From assembly GCA_016873805.1 (NCBI GenBank), contig VGVZ01000004.1:66864-130863 (forward strand): 64,000 nucleotides of DNA, written 5' to 3'. Made by a program: the position numbers and the translations under genes. Of the stretch, positions 53,469 to 63,770 are shown in pieces. Source of the stretch: Ignavibacteria bacterium. Lineage in GTDB: Bacteria > Bacteroidota > Ignavibacteria > UBA10030. The stretch's first letter is position 1; every line of letters starts with the position of its first letter. A model generated the notes under the pieces. It ran no database searches and had not been told where the DNA came from. It saw only the letters and a list, made by a program, of their open reading frames with translations.

Positions 53469-54824
53469 GTGAATTCCGGATCGAATCAGGACCTCGGCCG
53501 CACCCTGGGACTCTTCCCCGTCACGAGCATCGTCATCGCGAACATGATTGGCGCGGGGATCTTCACCACGTCCGGGCTTCTGATGAGGGATCTCCAGAGT
53601 CCCCCCCTCATGATTCTTCTCTGGATCGTCGGGGGCGGAATTGCGCTCTGCGGGGCGCTGAGTTACGGAGCACTCGGTTCGGCAATGCCTCACGCAGGGG
53701 GGGAATACGTTTTCCTTTCCCGCCTGTATCATCCCGCGTTCGGGTTCCTCAGCGGCTGGGTCTCCTTTGTGGTCGGTTTTTCTGCGCCCATTGCCGCCTC
53801 TTCGATTGGTGTGAGCGAGTACTTCGCAAGGGCATTTCCGGAGTGGCTCGCGTGGAGTGCCGGCCTCGGGATCGAAGATCCGGCAATTGGGAAAAAGCTT
53901 CTTTCCATCCTTGTCATCTTTGCCTTCACGGTAGTCCATTTCCAAGGAATTGAGCTGGGAGCGCAAGTCCAGAATGCTCTGACGGTCTTGAAAGTCGGGC
54001 TGATTGCGGTACTCTTGATTCTCGGGTTTCTCTGGGGGAGCGGGGAGTGGGATCACTTGTCGGCTTCGGAGCTTTTCGCGTTCGATCTCGGCGGCTGGAA
54101 GAAGATCGGTCTCTCGCTGATGTGGATCATGTTCGCGTACAGCGGTTGGAATGCGTCGACCTATATCGGCTCGGAGATCCAGAACCCGGCAAAGACATTG
54201 CCACGTTCGCTCCTGCTGGGCACGGGCGTCGTCCACCTCCTCTATCTGCTGTTGAACGTCCTCTTTGTTTATGCGACACCCCCTGACCAGATGGCGGGAG
54301 TCATATCGATCGGGGGACTGGCAATGGCAAATCTCTTCGGTGGATCGATGGAGAGAATCTTTTCGGTTCTCATCGGATTCGCCCTATTCTCTTCCCTGAG
54401 TGCATTCATTATTCTTGGACCCCGGGTCTACTACTCGATGGCAAGAGATGGCTATTTCTTCAATTCGATTGCCCGAGTTCATCCGAGATTCGGCGTCCCC
54501 GCAAACTCGATTCTGCTCCAGGGTGTCCTTGCATCGGTGATGGTGCTTTCCGGAACGTTTGATCAGGTTCTCACCTACATGGGATTCTCTCTCGGGATAT
54601 TTCCTATCATCGCGGTGTTGGGGGTGTTCCGCCTTGAGGTTTATCACAGAGCGATGCTTCCCGGGTACCCGCTTGTCCCGGCTGTATTCATTCTTGCCAG
54701 CGCGACGATACTCGTGCTTGCATTTCTGGAACGTCCCGTTGAGTCGTCGATCGCATTGCTTACGGCGATCGCCGGAATTCCGATGTTCTATCTGTTCAAA
54801 CGCATGCATCGTCCCAGAGAGTGA
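53469..54824 (+). CDS. APC-family amino acid permease
   Basis: It has about 12 predicted TM helices and an APC signature (…SYGALGSAMPHAGGEYVF…). Confidence 0.85.
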   Translation: MNSGSNQDLGRTLGLFPVTSIVIANMIGAGIFTTSGLLMRDLQSPPLMILLWIVGGGIALCGALSYGALGSAMPHAGGEYVFLSRLYHPAFGFLSGWVSFVVGFSAPIAASSIGVSEYFARAFPEWLAWSAGLGIEDPAIGKKLLSILVIFAFTVVHFQGIELGAQVQNALTVLKVGLIAVLLILGFLWGSGEWDHLSASELFAFDLGGWKKIGLSLMWIMFAYSGWNASTYIGSEIQNPAKTLPRSLLLGTGVVHLLYLLLNVLFVYATPPDQMAGVISIGGLAMANLFGGSMERIFSVLIGFALFSSLSAFIILGPRVYYSMARDGYFFNSIARVHPRFGVPANSILLQGVLASVMVLSGTFDQVLTYMGFSLGIFPIIAVLGVFRLEVYHRAMLPGYPLVPAVFILASATILVLAFLERPVESSIALLTAIAGIPMFYLFKRMHRPRE

Positions 54825-54950
54825 GCGAGTGCGGAGACCGATCCCGTCGGGTGGTGAGAGCATTGCTTGACATCTCTGCGGGGAGGGGGTACATTGGATT
54901 GACGATGCTGGTGAAGAGGGGGATGCGGGACAATCGAGAATCACCGGCGG

Positions 54951-55415
54951 ATGGAAACCATGAACAGTTCACCCTCCATCGTTGTCGTTGTTTCCCTCAT
55001 CGTGAGTTTCCTGGCAGGATGCGAGCGGTCAACCCAACCGGATGAGTATGAAGTCGTCGCGTACCAGATCAAGGGATGTCGCCAACAGCTTGGCAAACGC
55101 GGGGAAGGAGACTCGTGTTTTGCGTACGTTTTCCGCGAGTCGCTGGTCGTCGATTTTTGTGTAACCGGCAATTGTTGTCCGGACACAAATCGCTTCATTA
55201 TCACGCCGTCCATCGCGCTCGACACGATCGAAGTTACAGTCGTTGACACGGCTCAGAACCTCTGCCGGTGTGTGTGCCCCTACCTTCTGCATGTCGAGAT
55301 TCACAATCTCCGCGGCAACTCGTACTTCTTGCGGTGCATTCAATTGCGTGATTCGGTCCGCGTTCTCCTCTACTCGAGACGGGTCGTGAGGGACGTTGGG
55401 TGGCTCGGATCGTGA
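54951..55415 (+). CDS. Hypothetical Cys-rich lipoprotein
   Basis: It has a lipobox (SFLAGC) and 10 Cys in 154 aa, including CC and CRCVC clusters. I recognise no family. Confidence 0.4.
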   Translation: METMNSSPSIVVVVSLIVSFLAGCERSTQPDEYEVVAYQIKGCRQQLGKRGEGDSCFAYVFRESLVVDFCVTGNCCPDTNRFIITPSIALDTIEVTVVDTAQNLCRCVCPYLLHVEIHNLRGNSYFLRCIQLRDSVRVLLYSRRVVRDVGWLGS

Positions 55416-55452
55416 AGATTGGAGACGATTGTGGAGGTTCGGCGGGTGTACG

Positions 55453-56466
55453 TCAGGATTCTCGCTGATAGGCCATTGCGTTCAGCAACATGATCCGCTT
55501 GGCAATAGGCGGATGAGTGGCGAACAGATCGGCCAGCGCTCCTTCCTTGAAATTCACCTTTCGCCCCAGCGGATCCACGATACACAAATGAGCGGCCGAT
55601 TTCTTGATTGATTGAGTCGGTGCGGATGCGCTCTCGATCTTTTGAAGCGCGTTGGCAAGACCGAGCGGATTGCGGGTGAGCTCGGCGGCGGTTGCATCGG
55701 CAAGGTATTCGCGTTGTCGGGAGACGGCCATCGAGAGAAGACGGGTAATGAAGGGCGCAAGAATGATCGCGAGAATCCAGAGTGCCAAGAGGATCAACGC
55801 GAGACCGCCACCGCCGCCCCCCTTGCTGCGTGAGCTACCTCTGCTTCGTCTTCCCCCACCAATACCGTATCGCATTGAGCGCGCCGCCCAATCCGAAAGA
55901 AGGAGAGCCGCGCCGATGAGTGCTGCGATCACCGTCATCAACCGGATATCGTAGTTCCGGATGTGCGCGATCTCGTGCGCGATGACCCCCTGAAGCTCCT
56001 CCCGATTGAGTTTTTCCAGAAGCCCTTTGGTGACAGCAATGTGTGAATGATGCGGATCCTTCCCCGTCGCAAAGGCATTCGGATCGGGATCGGGGATGAC
56101 GTACACCTGAGGCCGGGGAAGTCCCGACGCGATCACCATTTCATCGACCACGTTGCTCAGCACCCTATGCTCGGCATCCGTGCTGGAGACCGGGACTGCT
56201 CCCGCCGATCGAAGAACCGCCTGGGCACCTCCCTGAAGTCCCCAGAGCGCCATCCCTCCCCCGATCAAGAGAGCCAGAATTGTCCCAACGGGGATCATCG
56301 GCGTCGACTCTGCAACGACACCAAAGGGGTCGTTCCCCAGGTAGAACAGGTCGAATCCAAATCCAAGGAATCCAAAGAAGAGGACAAACCCAACCATGAT
56401 GAGGATTGTCTTCCTCCGATTGGCGTTCTGCTGTTCGTAAATGTTTGGAAAATTCTGGGTGGCCAT
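55453..56466 (-). CDS. htpX: M48-family zinc metalloprotease HtpX-like
   Basis: It has the HEIAHIRNYD HExxH motif and TM helices. Confidence 0.85.
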   Translation of the reverse strand: MATQNFPNIYEQQNANRRKTILIMVGFVLFFGFLGFGFDLFYLGNDPFGVVAESTPMIPVGTILALLIGGGMALWGLQGGAQAVLRSAGAVPVSSTDAEHRVLSNVVDEMVIASGLPRPQVYVIPDPDPNAFATGKDPHHSHIAVTKGLLEKLNREELQGVIAHEIAHIRNYDIRLMTVIAALIGAALLLSDWAARSMRYGIGGGRRSRGSSRSKGGGGGGLALILLALWILAIILAPFITRLLSMAVSRQREYLADATAAELTRNPLGLANALQKIESASAPTQSIKKSAAHLCIVDPLGRKVNFKEGALADLFATHPPIAKRIMLLNAMAYQRES

Positions 56467-57030
56467 CTATTTCTTCAGAGAGAGATCGACGGTTGGAACT
56501 GCACGCTCTGCCGCATCGGTGACCTCAAAAAGTTCCGCCAGCGTGAATCTTAACAGATTCGCGATGATGTTCCCGGGAAACACCTGTTGCGCGATGTTGA
56601 ACGATGTCGCGATGTCGTTGTAGAATTGTCGTGCGAAGCTGATCTTGTTTTCCGTGCTCGTCAGCTCCTCCTGGAGCTGCAGGACATTCTGGTTCGCTTT
56701 GAGTTGAGGATAGTTTTCGACGAGCGCGAACAAACGAGAGAGCACTGCGGTAAGCTCACCTTCCTTGGACGCCGCATCTGCGACTCCCTTTGCGTTGACG
56801 GCGGCGTTGCGCGCCTCAACGACCTGTCGAAGTGTATCCTGTTCAAACTCCATATACCCCTTGACGGTATTGACGAGATTCGGTATCAAATCGTGGCGTC
56901 GCTTGAGCTGAACGTCGATCTGCTTCCACCCATTTTGAACCTGATTGCGGAGTGTCACGAGTGAATTGTATTTGACAATCACCCACCCCGCGATTGCGGC
57001 AACAACGATCAACACTATCCAGAGAGCCAT
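56467..57030 (-). CDS. lemA: LemA family protein
   Basis: An N-terminal TM segment is followed by the LemA helical domain (…YNSLVTLRNQVQNGWKQIDVQLKRRHDLIPNLV…). It abuts htpX. Confidence 0.85.
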   Translation of the reverse strand: MALWIVLIVVAAIAGWVIVKYNSLVTLRNQVQNGWKQIDVQLKRRHDLIPNLVNTVKGYMEFEQDTLRQVVEARNAAVNAKGVADAASKEGELTAVLSRLFALVENYPQLKANQNVLQLQEELTSTENKISFARQFYNDIATSFNIAQQVFPGNIIANLLRFTLAELFEVTDAAERAVPTVDLSLKK

Positions 57031-57105
57031 GCGGATACCTCCTGTAAGAAAGTGGCTATGGGAACATATCGAAACGCTGGATCGGAATCAATGCGCGACA
57101 CGAAT

Positions 57106-57834
57106 TCAAGAATGGTCTCCCGCTTGACGGGCTGTTCTTCGGATTTGGTGCCGATGGCCCGCACCATTGCGAAGACGGCGAAGAGATTCTTGATAGAAGC
57201 GTTTGCTCTTCTCGAATCCGATGAAGTGTCGGCCGCTGCGCAGACATGCGAGTGCCGTTGTGCCGCTCCCCATGCACGGATCAAGAACCAGATCGCCCGG
57301 ATCAGAGCTGACCGTGACAAGATACTCGAACATCTCCACGGGCTTCTGGGTCGGATGGATCTTGCTCTTGCCGGAGGGATAGCGGAGAATCGTGTTCCGG
57401 CAGTGTTCGTTGAACGGCGCGCCCCGGAACTTCCCGAAGACGCAGACCTCGATACCGCTAAGCCAGATGCTTTGACCGTTCATGGGCGAAGGATTCGTCT
57501 TCTCCCAGATCAGGAGTCTCGTTGAGAGTTTGGATCTCACGAGAAATTCTCGAATGAAGCTGACCTGTTCGGTGCCGCAGAAAATGTACAGACTTCCTCG
57601 ACAAACCCGCACACTCTCTTCCAGGAACTTCCCCAACTCGAATGTGGATCGATCGGCTTTCTTCTTTGTGAGAGTGCGAAGTCCATTTGAAGGTCTGTTC
57701 ACGACCGAGTAAGGGATATCAGTCAGGATAAGATCGACTGATTTGTCCGGAATGAGCGGAAACCCATCCATACAATCGAGATTGTAGATCTCGTCGGGAA
57801 GAAGCGGAGCAAGAGGAGGGGCGAATTTGCGCAT
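57106..57834 (-). CDS. Beta-class DNA methyltransferase (DIPY motif) with no restriction enzyme nearby
   Basis: Motif IV (LILTDIPYSV) precedes motif I (LDPCMGSGTTA). The start is chosen at the internal Met; the ORF opens at 57963. Confidence 0.7.
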   Translation of the reverse strand: MRKFAPPLAPLLPDEIYNLDCMDGFPLIPDKSVDLILTDIPYSVVNRPSNGLRTLTKKKADRSTFELGKFLEESVRVCRGSLYIFCGTEQVSFIREFLVRSKLSTRLLIWEKTNPSPMNGQSIWLSGIEVCVFGKFRGAPFNEHCRNTILRYPSGKSKIHPTQKPVEMFEYLVTVSSDPGDLVLDPCMGSGTTALACLRSGRHFIGFEKSKRFYQESLRRLRNGAGHRHQIRRTARQAGDHS

Positions 57835-58062
57835 GACAGCCAAATCTATGAAAAAAGGGGGTGAGAGCAAAGGGCCCATCTGATCGTCCGGGGTGGAGTC
57901 AGCGCGATGGCCGCAAAACAAGTGCGGTTGATCGTTCGTAGGGTCCGGTGGCGGCGCACGCACGGCCGAGTTTCATCGTGGCCTGAAAGGGGAGAAGGGC
58001 TTCGCAAACGTTGGTTGCATTTCGATTTTGCTTGACAGAAACCCAAAAATCCCATACGGTTC

Positions 58063-58094
58063 AGTTACCGGTAAAGTAACCGATACAGTTAACT
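58063..58094 (+). promoter_or_regulatory. LacI-type operator-like palindromes upstream of the pectate lyase gene
   Basis: A perfect palindrome (TTACCGGTAA, 58065-58074) is followed by an AGTAAC-N7-GTTAACT inverted repeat. A TTGACA-like -35 element lies about 30 bp upstream. Confidence 0.4.
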
Positions 58095-58157
58095 GAAATC
58101 CCGCTCTCCTCACCCTTCAACAACGGCTCCAACCGGCGCATCACGAACTGAAGTTTC

Positions 58158-59861
58158 ATGCGTACCCCGGCATTCATAACCATCGCGTATACCGGATTCA
58201 TTTGTGCCTTCCTCTCCACACAGGAAAGCCGCGCTCAGCTGCCCGCCTTCCCCGGCGCTGAAGGTGGAGGACGATTGTCCGTCGGCGGACGGGGTGGAAG
58301 GGTCATCGAAGTGACGAACCACAACGACTCCGGTGAAGGGAGTCTTCGCGCCGCAGTGACGGCGAAAGGGGCGCGCACGGTTGTGTTCCGGGTCTCCGGG
58401 ACGATCACACTGAATTCCCGGTTAACGATTTCGAATGACTCGATTACCATCGCAGGGCAGACTGCACCGGGCGACGGGATTTGCATTCGCCGGTACGATG
58501 TTGCGGTGAATGCCCGGCATGTCATCATTCGTTATCTCCGCTTTCGTGTCGGTGATGAGTCAGGTGGAGAACGTGATGCGATCGGCGGAACGTGGGGAAC
58601 GCATATCATGATCGATCACTGCTCGGCAAGCTGGGGGCTCGATGAGGTGATGTCCCTGTACGGCGCGGACAGTCTGACCGTTCAGTGGTGCATCATTAGT
58701 GAAAGTCTTTACAATTCTACCCATCCAAAAGGGAAGCATGGCTACGGTGGAATCTGGGGAGGAACAAATTCGACATTCCACCATAACCTTATCGCAAGCC
58801 ACTCAAGCCGCACACCACGATTCTCGGGTGGAAATCCTCCCGACCCGAGCAAGACACCAATAGCAACAAACCTCGACTTCCGCAACAATGTGATCTACAA
58901 CTGGGGATCTAACGGCGTGCATGGAGGTGAGGGAGGAACGTTCAACATCATTGCCAACTACTATAAACCGGGTCCCGCCACGCGCTCAACCGTACGAAAC
59001 AGAATTGTCGAGCCGTATGACGCGAACGGAAAGTGGTTTCTTGACGCCAACGTAGCGATGGAGTCGGCGATGATTACAGCCGACAACTGGGCCGGCGGGG
59101 TACAGGGCTCGTACGCAAACCAGCCGCAAATCAAAGCAACCTCGCCATTTCCCTTTGCACCGGTGACGACTCATCTGCCGGCCGTTGCCTACAATCATGT
59201 ACTGAATACCGCGGGAGCGGTTCTTCCGAGGCGGGATGCCGTCGATATGCGAATCGTCAACGAGGCAAGAACCGGAACGGCAACGTACGATGGGAGCAGC
59301 GCAAGCAACTACAGGACGACATACAATCTCCCCGCACCTACCGGCATCATCGATTCGCAAAACGACGTCGGGGGCTGGCCGGATCTTCAGAGTCTCCCTG
59401 CGCCGCCTGATTCCGATAAGGATGGTATGCCGGATGACTGGGAGACGGCCAACGGGCTCAACCCCAATGATCCGGAAGACCGCAATCGGCTGGCCACAGA
59501 TGGCTACACCATGCTGGAGGTCTATCTGAATTCGCTCACAAGCGTCATCACCGGTGTCGCCCAATCAACGCAACAACTTCCGGAGCAGTTCTCTCTGCTC
59601 CAAAACTACCCAAACCCGTTCAATCCATCCACGACGATCGCGTATGAAATTCCTTCCTCAGGAAGGGTAAAAATAGAGATTGTTGACCTGCTGGGGAGGA
59701 TGGTCGAAGACCTGAGCGATCAGGAGCAGGCTCCGGGCAGGTATGAAATCCGCTGGGATGGTACCGACGGAACAGGGCGGCAGCTTGCATCAGGCATGTA
59801 TATCGCTGTGGTTCGGTTTGAATCAACGATAAGAACACTCAAACTCCAGCTGATCAGGTGA
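58158..59861 (+). CDS. Pectate lyase (PL1-like parallel beta-helix) with a T9SS C-terminal sorting domain
   Basis: It has a signal peptide, the pectate-lyase N-terminus (…AFPGAEGGGR…GQTAPGDGIC…), and a CTD (…NYPNPFNPSTTIAYEI…). Confidence 0.8.
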   Translation: MRTPAFITIAYTGFICAFLSTQESRAQLPAFPGAEGGGRLSVGGRGGRVIEVTNHNDSGEGSLRAAVTAKGARTVVFRVSGTITLNSRLTISNDSITIAGQTAPGDGICIRRYDVAVNARHVIIRYLRFRVGDESGGERDAIGGTWGTHIMIDHCSASWGLDEVMSLYGADSLTVQWCIISESLYNSTHPKGKHGYGGIWGGTNSTFHHNLIASHSSRTPRFSGGNPPDPSKTPIATNLDFRNNVIYNWGSNGVHGGEGGTFNIIANYYKPGPATRSTVRNRIVEPYDANGKWFLDANVAMESAMITADNWAGGVQGSYANQPQIKATSPFPFAPVTTHLPAVAYNHVLNTAGAVLPRRDAVDMRIVNEARTGTATYDGSSASNYRTTYNLPAPTGIIDSQNDVGGWPDLQSLPAPPDSDKDGMPDDWETANGLNPNDPEDRNRLATDGYTMLEVYLNSLTSVITGVAQSTQQLPEQFSLLQNYPNPFNPSTTIAYEIPSSGRVKIEIVDLLGRMVEDLSDQEQAPGRYEIRWDGTDGTGRQLASGMYIAVVRFESTIRTLKLQLIR

Positions 59862-62381
59862 TCTCTGTGACCACGAGTATCTGCCAGCTCCTGGTTGTGA
59901 TCTTCTTTTTCTCTGTCGGTGAGCTCTCTGCACAAGTACTGGCATTTCCCGGCGCAGACGGCTTCGGACGGTTTGCGTCCGGAGGACGTGGTGGAAAAGT
60001 CCTGGCTGTCACGAATCTGAATGATCGAGGACCAGGGAGTCTGCGCGCGGCGCTCGCCGAAAAGGGAACTCGAACAATCATCTTTCGCGTCTCCGGCACG
60101 ATCCCGCTCGAATCGGATCTCCTCATCGAACATGGTGATGTGACGATTGCCGGTCAGACGGCGCCGGGGGACGGGATTTGCATCAAAAACTACGCGACCA
60201 TCATTGCCGCGAACAACATCATCATGCGTTTTCTCCGATTCCGATTGGGCGATGCGAAGGGACAAGCGTCTGATGCGATCATGGCCCTCGGATGTCGTGA
60301 TGTTATCATCGATCACTGTTCGATGAGTTGGGGGATCGATGAGGTTGCCTCATTCTACGATAATGAGAACTTCACCCTGCAGTGGTGCATCGTCTCCGAA
60401 AGTCTCGACAGTTCCATCCATCCCAAAGGACGACATGGGTACGGAGGCATTTGGGGCGGGACACGAGCTTCGTTCCATCACAACCTGCTTGCACACCATA
60501 CGAGCAGGAATCCCCGCTTCCAGGGAGGGAGGACGCCGGGAAAGGGTGAAACGGAACTCGTGGATTTCCGGAACAATGTTGTTTTCAACTGGGGATTCAA
60601 AGCGGCCTACGGAGGGGAGAGGGGACGTCAGAATGTGATCGCGAACTACTATAAGCCTGGCCCGGCGACTCTCCGTAGGGATCGTATTCTCGAGCCTGAT
60701 GATGCCGAAGGGAGGTGGTACGTCGCTGATAACGTGTTGGAGGGATCGGCCGCAACCTCTCTGAACAACTGGAACGACGGAGTTGAGGGTCCCTACCGCG
60801 TGTCAGGCCGGGTGGCAATCCCCTTTGAGTTCGCCGCCAATTATACGCAGAGGGCCGAAGAAGCATATGAGGATGTGCTGAAATTTGCCGGTGCAGTTCT
60901 TCCGGAGCGCGATGCCGTCGATCGGCGGATCGTGGATGAAGTGCGGCGCGGGAATGCAACGTTCGGGCATTCCGCATATGCCCGGGAACATAGACTGGGA
61001 CCGAGGCCGACCGGAATCATCGACTCGCAAACCGAAGTGGGAGGATGGCCATGTCCTCACGGGCTACTTCGAACCGATCGATACGAATCTCAACAACCTC
61101 CAGGGTGCCTTGATCAACGTTCCGACGGCAGGCGCGGGAGCGCGGATCGTGATTGATAGCTGTATCCTCACGAACTCCAACGGTAACCATGTCCGCACAG
61201 ACGGCGCAGCGAAGATCGTGTCCATCACGAACACCATCTTCGCGAACATGGGATACCTCGGTCGATCCAACCTCGGTGCCGGAAAGGGGATCGATCTTCG
61301 CGACGCAACGTGCGACTCGATGATTGTCGAGAACAGCACGTTCGTGAACTGGCAGGATCGTGTGATTCGCCACTACAACTTCAGCAATCCCGCGGCGGGT
61401 ACCGGTCCGATTCATTACTTGAAATTCAACCATAACACGCTGGTGAACGGTATGTCGTACCATGGACTCCTGTCACTTGGGTCGATGGGGAAACGGGCCC
61501 TCATTACCAACAACCTGTTCATCGATCCGTTTTCGCTCGGGAACGATACGGATGCCGTTCGTCAGGCCGAGTTCCTGAATCATGGCGAGAAAGACCAGTT
61601 CGGCGGGGCGCGAATGATGTGGATCTTCACATCACCCAACGACACCACCATTTGGACGATCCGCAACAACTACTATGCGGTTTCCGATTCGGGCCAGAAA
61701 TTCTACACTGAATTCGCCGCGGCAGGTGTGACCGGAGAGGGAGTTCCTCTGTCCTATCACATCAACCGGAGAATCGGAATCGACTCGGTCACGGCGTTCA
61801 GGAAGATTACGCCGCCGCTTGTGCTGACGAGAGTCCCGTTGGTGATGAACAAGCTGAATCGATGGTACCGATCGCCGACCGGCGGTAACAAGACGAAGAA
61901 CACTCCTACTGCGGCGTGGAACAACTCCTTCGACTTCGATCGGAGAAGCTGGCAATACTTCCACGATACGCTCAACTGCGCATATCCGACGACTTCGGTG
62001 GCGTACACCGGAGCCCAGGGCGGTTATCCTGTCGGTGATCTGAACTGGTTCCCGGCACGCAAAGCCGCGTGGCTTGCGAATCCGCCGGTGAGCGTGACAG
62101 CGAGCGAGGTAGTTCCTGAAAACTTCGCGCTCAGCCAGAACTACCCTAATCCCTTCAACCCCAGCACGAAAATCGAATTCACCGTTCCGACGGAGTCGCG
62201 TGTGCGGCTGGATATCTTCGATCTGCTGGGACGCAGGATTGCCACGCTCGTTGATGAGCAAAAGATTGCAGGCACGTATGTCGTTGATTTCGAGGGATCG
62301 AATCTCGTTTCGGGAGTGTATATCTATCAACTCTCATCAGGTACGCAGATCCTTTCGAAGAAGATGGTCTTGCTGAAATAA
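59858..62381 (+). pseudogene. Paralogous pectate lyase fused to a ~440-aa beta-helix/T9SS-CTD region, interrupted by a frameshift near 61045
   Basis: Frame 2 (59858-61156) is colinear with the upstream paralog up to …IIDSQTEVGGWP. At that point about 110 nt present in the paralog are missing. The homologous continuation (…TGYFEPIDTNLNNLQ… matching …DGYTMLEVYLNSLT…) lies in frame 0, which runs to the T9SS CTD at 62381. Confidence 0.55.
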
Positions 62382-62578
62382 GTCCGCCAATCGGCGTCTT
62401 CCGGAATGGGGCGCAAACGGGGCCGGGTGCGCCCCCTCCCGGCCTTCGATCTGGCACCGCGCGTGCGGGAAGAGAAGGAGAAAGCACCTTCAAGCGCAAC
62501 CGACGCTGGAGGGAACTCTGATCGACCGGCCAGTACCTCCATGGTGAGATACCTGGCGATGCACAAGGAGCTCTAATC

Positions 62579-63631
62579 ATGGCAAAGAAAAGACATCATC
62601 TTGAACTTCAGGTGACCCTCGACGACATTGCCGAGAAGCTGAAAGTCTCGAAGGTCACAGTTTCAAAAGCGCTCCGGGGACATCCCGATATTTCCAGCGA
62701 GACGGCGGAGAAGATCAAGAAGAAGGCGCACCAAATGGGATACTATCCCAACCTCCTCGCGCGCAGCCTCTCGTCTCAAAAATCCAATACGATCGGTGTG
62801 GTTGTCCCGAAAATTGCTCATCACTTCTTTGCCAGCGTCATCGAAGGGATCTACGATACGGCGTTTGAACACAATTACGAGATCATCCTGACCGTTTCCC
62901 AGGAAACTGCCGAACGAGAACTGCGGCATATACATTCCTTGCTTTCTATGCGGGTTGATGGACTTATTATTTCCCTCTCCGAGGAGACGAAGGACTTGAA
63001 AGTCTTTCAGGCAATCAAGCGCATGGGTCTCCCACTGACCTTCATGGATCGGGTTCCACGATTGAACGGTTTCACGACCGTGGAAGCGGATGATCGGGGC
63101 GGAGCGTTCGCGGCGATTCAGCATGCCATCGAAATCGGATACCGAAGGATTGCACATCTCGCGGGATATCAGCACACGAACATCGGTCGCGAACGCTATC
63201 AGGGATTTCTTGATGCAATGAATAAGCACAACCTCGCCGTGAAGAAGGAATGGGTTGTGTTTGGCGGCTTCGACGAGGAACAGGGCTACAGGAGTATCAA
63301 GCAGATCTTTGGAAGCGCGAATCATCCTGAGGTGATTTTCACCGTGACGTTTCCGGTGGCCGTGGGGGTGTTGAAAGCCGTGCGGGAGATGGGGATGAGG
63401 ATTCCGGATGACATCGACCTCCTCTGTTTCGGTCATAGCGGCATGAATGAACTGATTTCGCCCGCCGTGAGTTATGTCGAGCAGCCAAACTACCAGCTCG
63501 GGCGGATGTCGTTCGAGCTGACGCTTGATCACATACGGGAGAAGGGAAGTTACGTGCCCAAGCACATCAAGCTGCCAACTCGATTTGTCTTATGTGGCAC
63601 GTGTACAGAGAAGGCCGCCGTTCGACGGTAG
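62579..63631 (+). CDS. LacI-family transcriptional regulator
   Basis: It has an N-terminal HTH (LDDIAEKLKVSKVTVSKALRG) and a periplasmic-binding-protein-like effector domain. Confidence 0.85.
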   Translation: MAKKRHHLELQVTLDDIAEKLKVSKVTVSKALRGHPDISSETAEKIKKKAHQMGYYPNLLARSLSSQKSNTIGVVVPKIAHHFFASVIEGIYDTAFEHNYEIILTVSQETAERELRHIHSLLSMRVDGLIISLSEETKDLKVFQAIKRMGLPLTFMDRVPRLNGFTTVEADDRGGAFAAIQHAIEIGYRRIAHLAGYQHTNIGRERYQGFLDAMNKHNLAVKKEWVVFGGFDEEQGYRSIKQIFGSANHPEVIFTVTFPVAVGVLKAVREMGMRIPDDIDLLCFGHSGMNELISPAVSYVEQPNYQLGRMSFELTLDHIREKGSYVPKHIKLPTRFVLCGTCTEKAAVRR

Positions 63632-63770
63632 TTGCCAGCAGAATTTCTTTTTGAAGGAAGGAAGGGCACGATGTTTGTGCCCTTTCTTGTTTCGTAATGA
63701 CTGCACGTGCTCTTCTTCGCAATGCAGCCGGACGTTCGCTGTGCTTCTATCCCGGCGGGAATCGGGCGGG

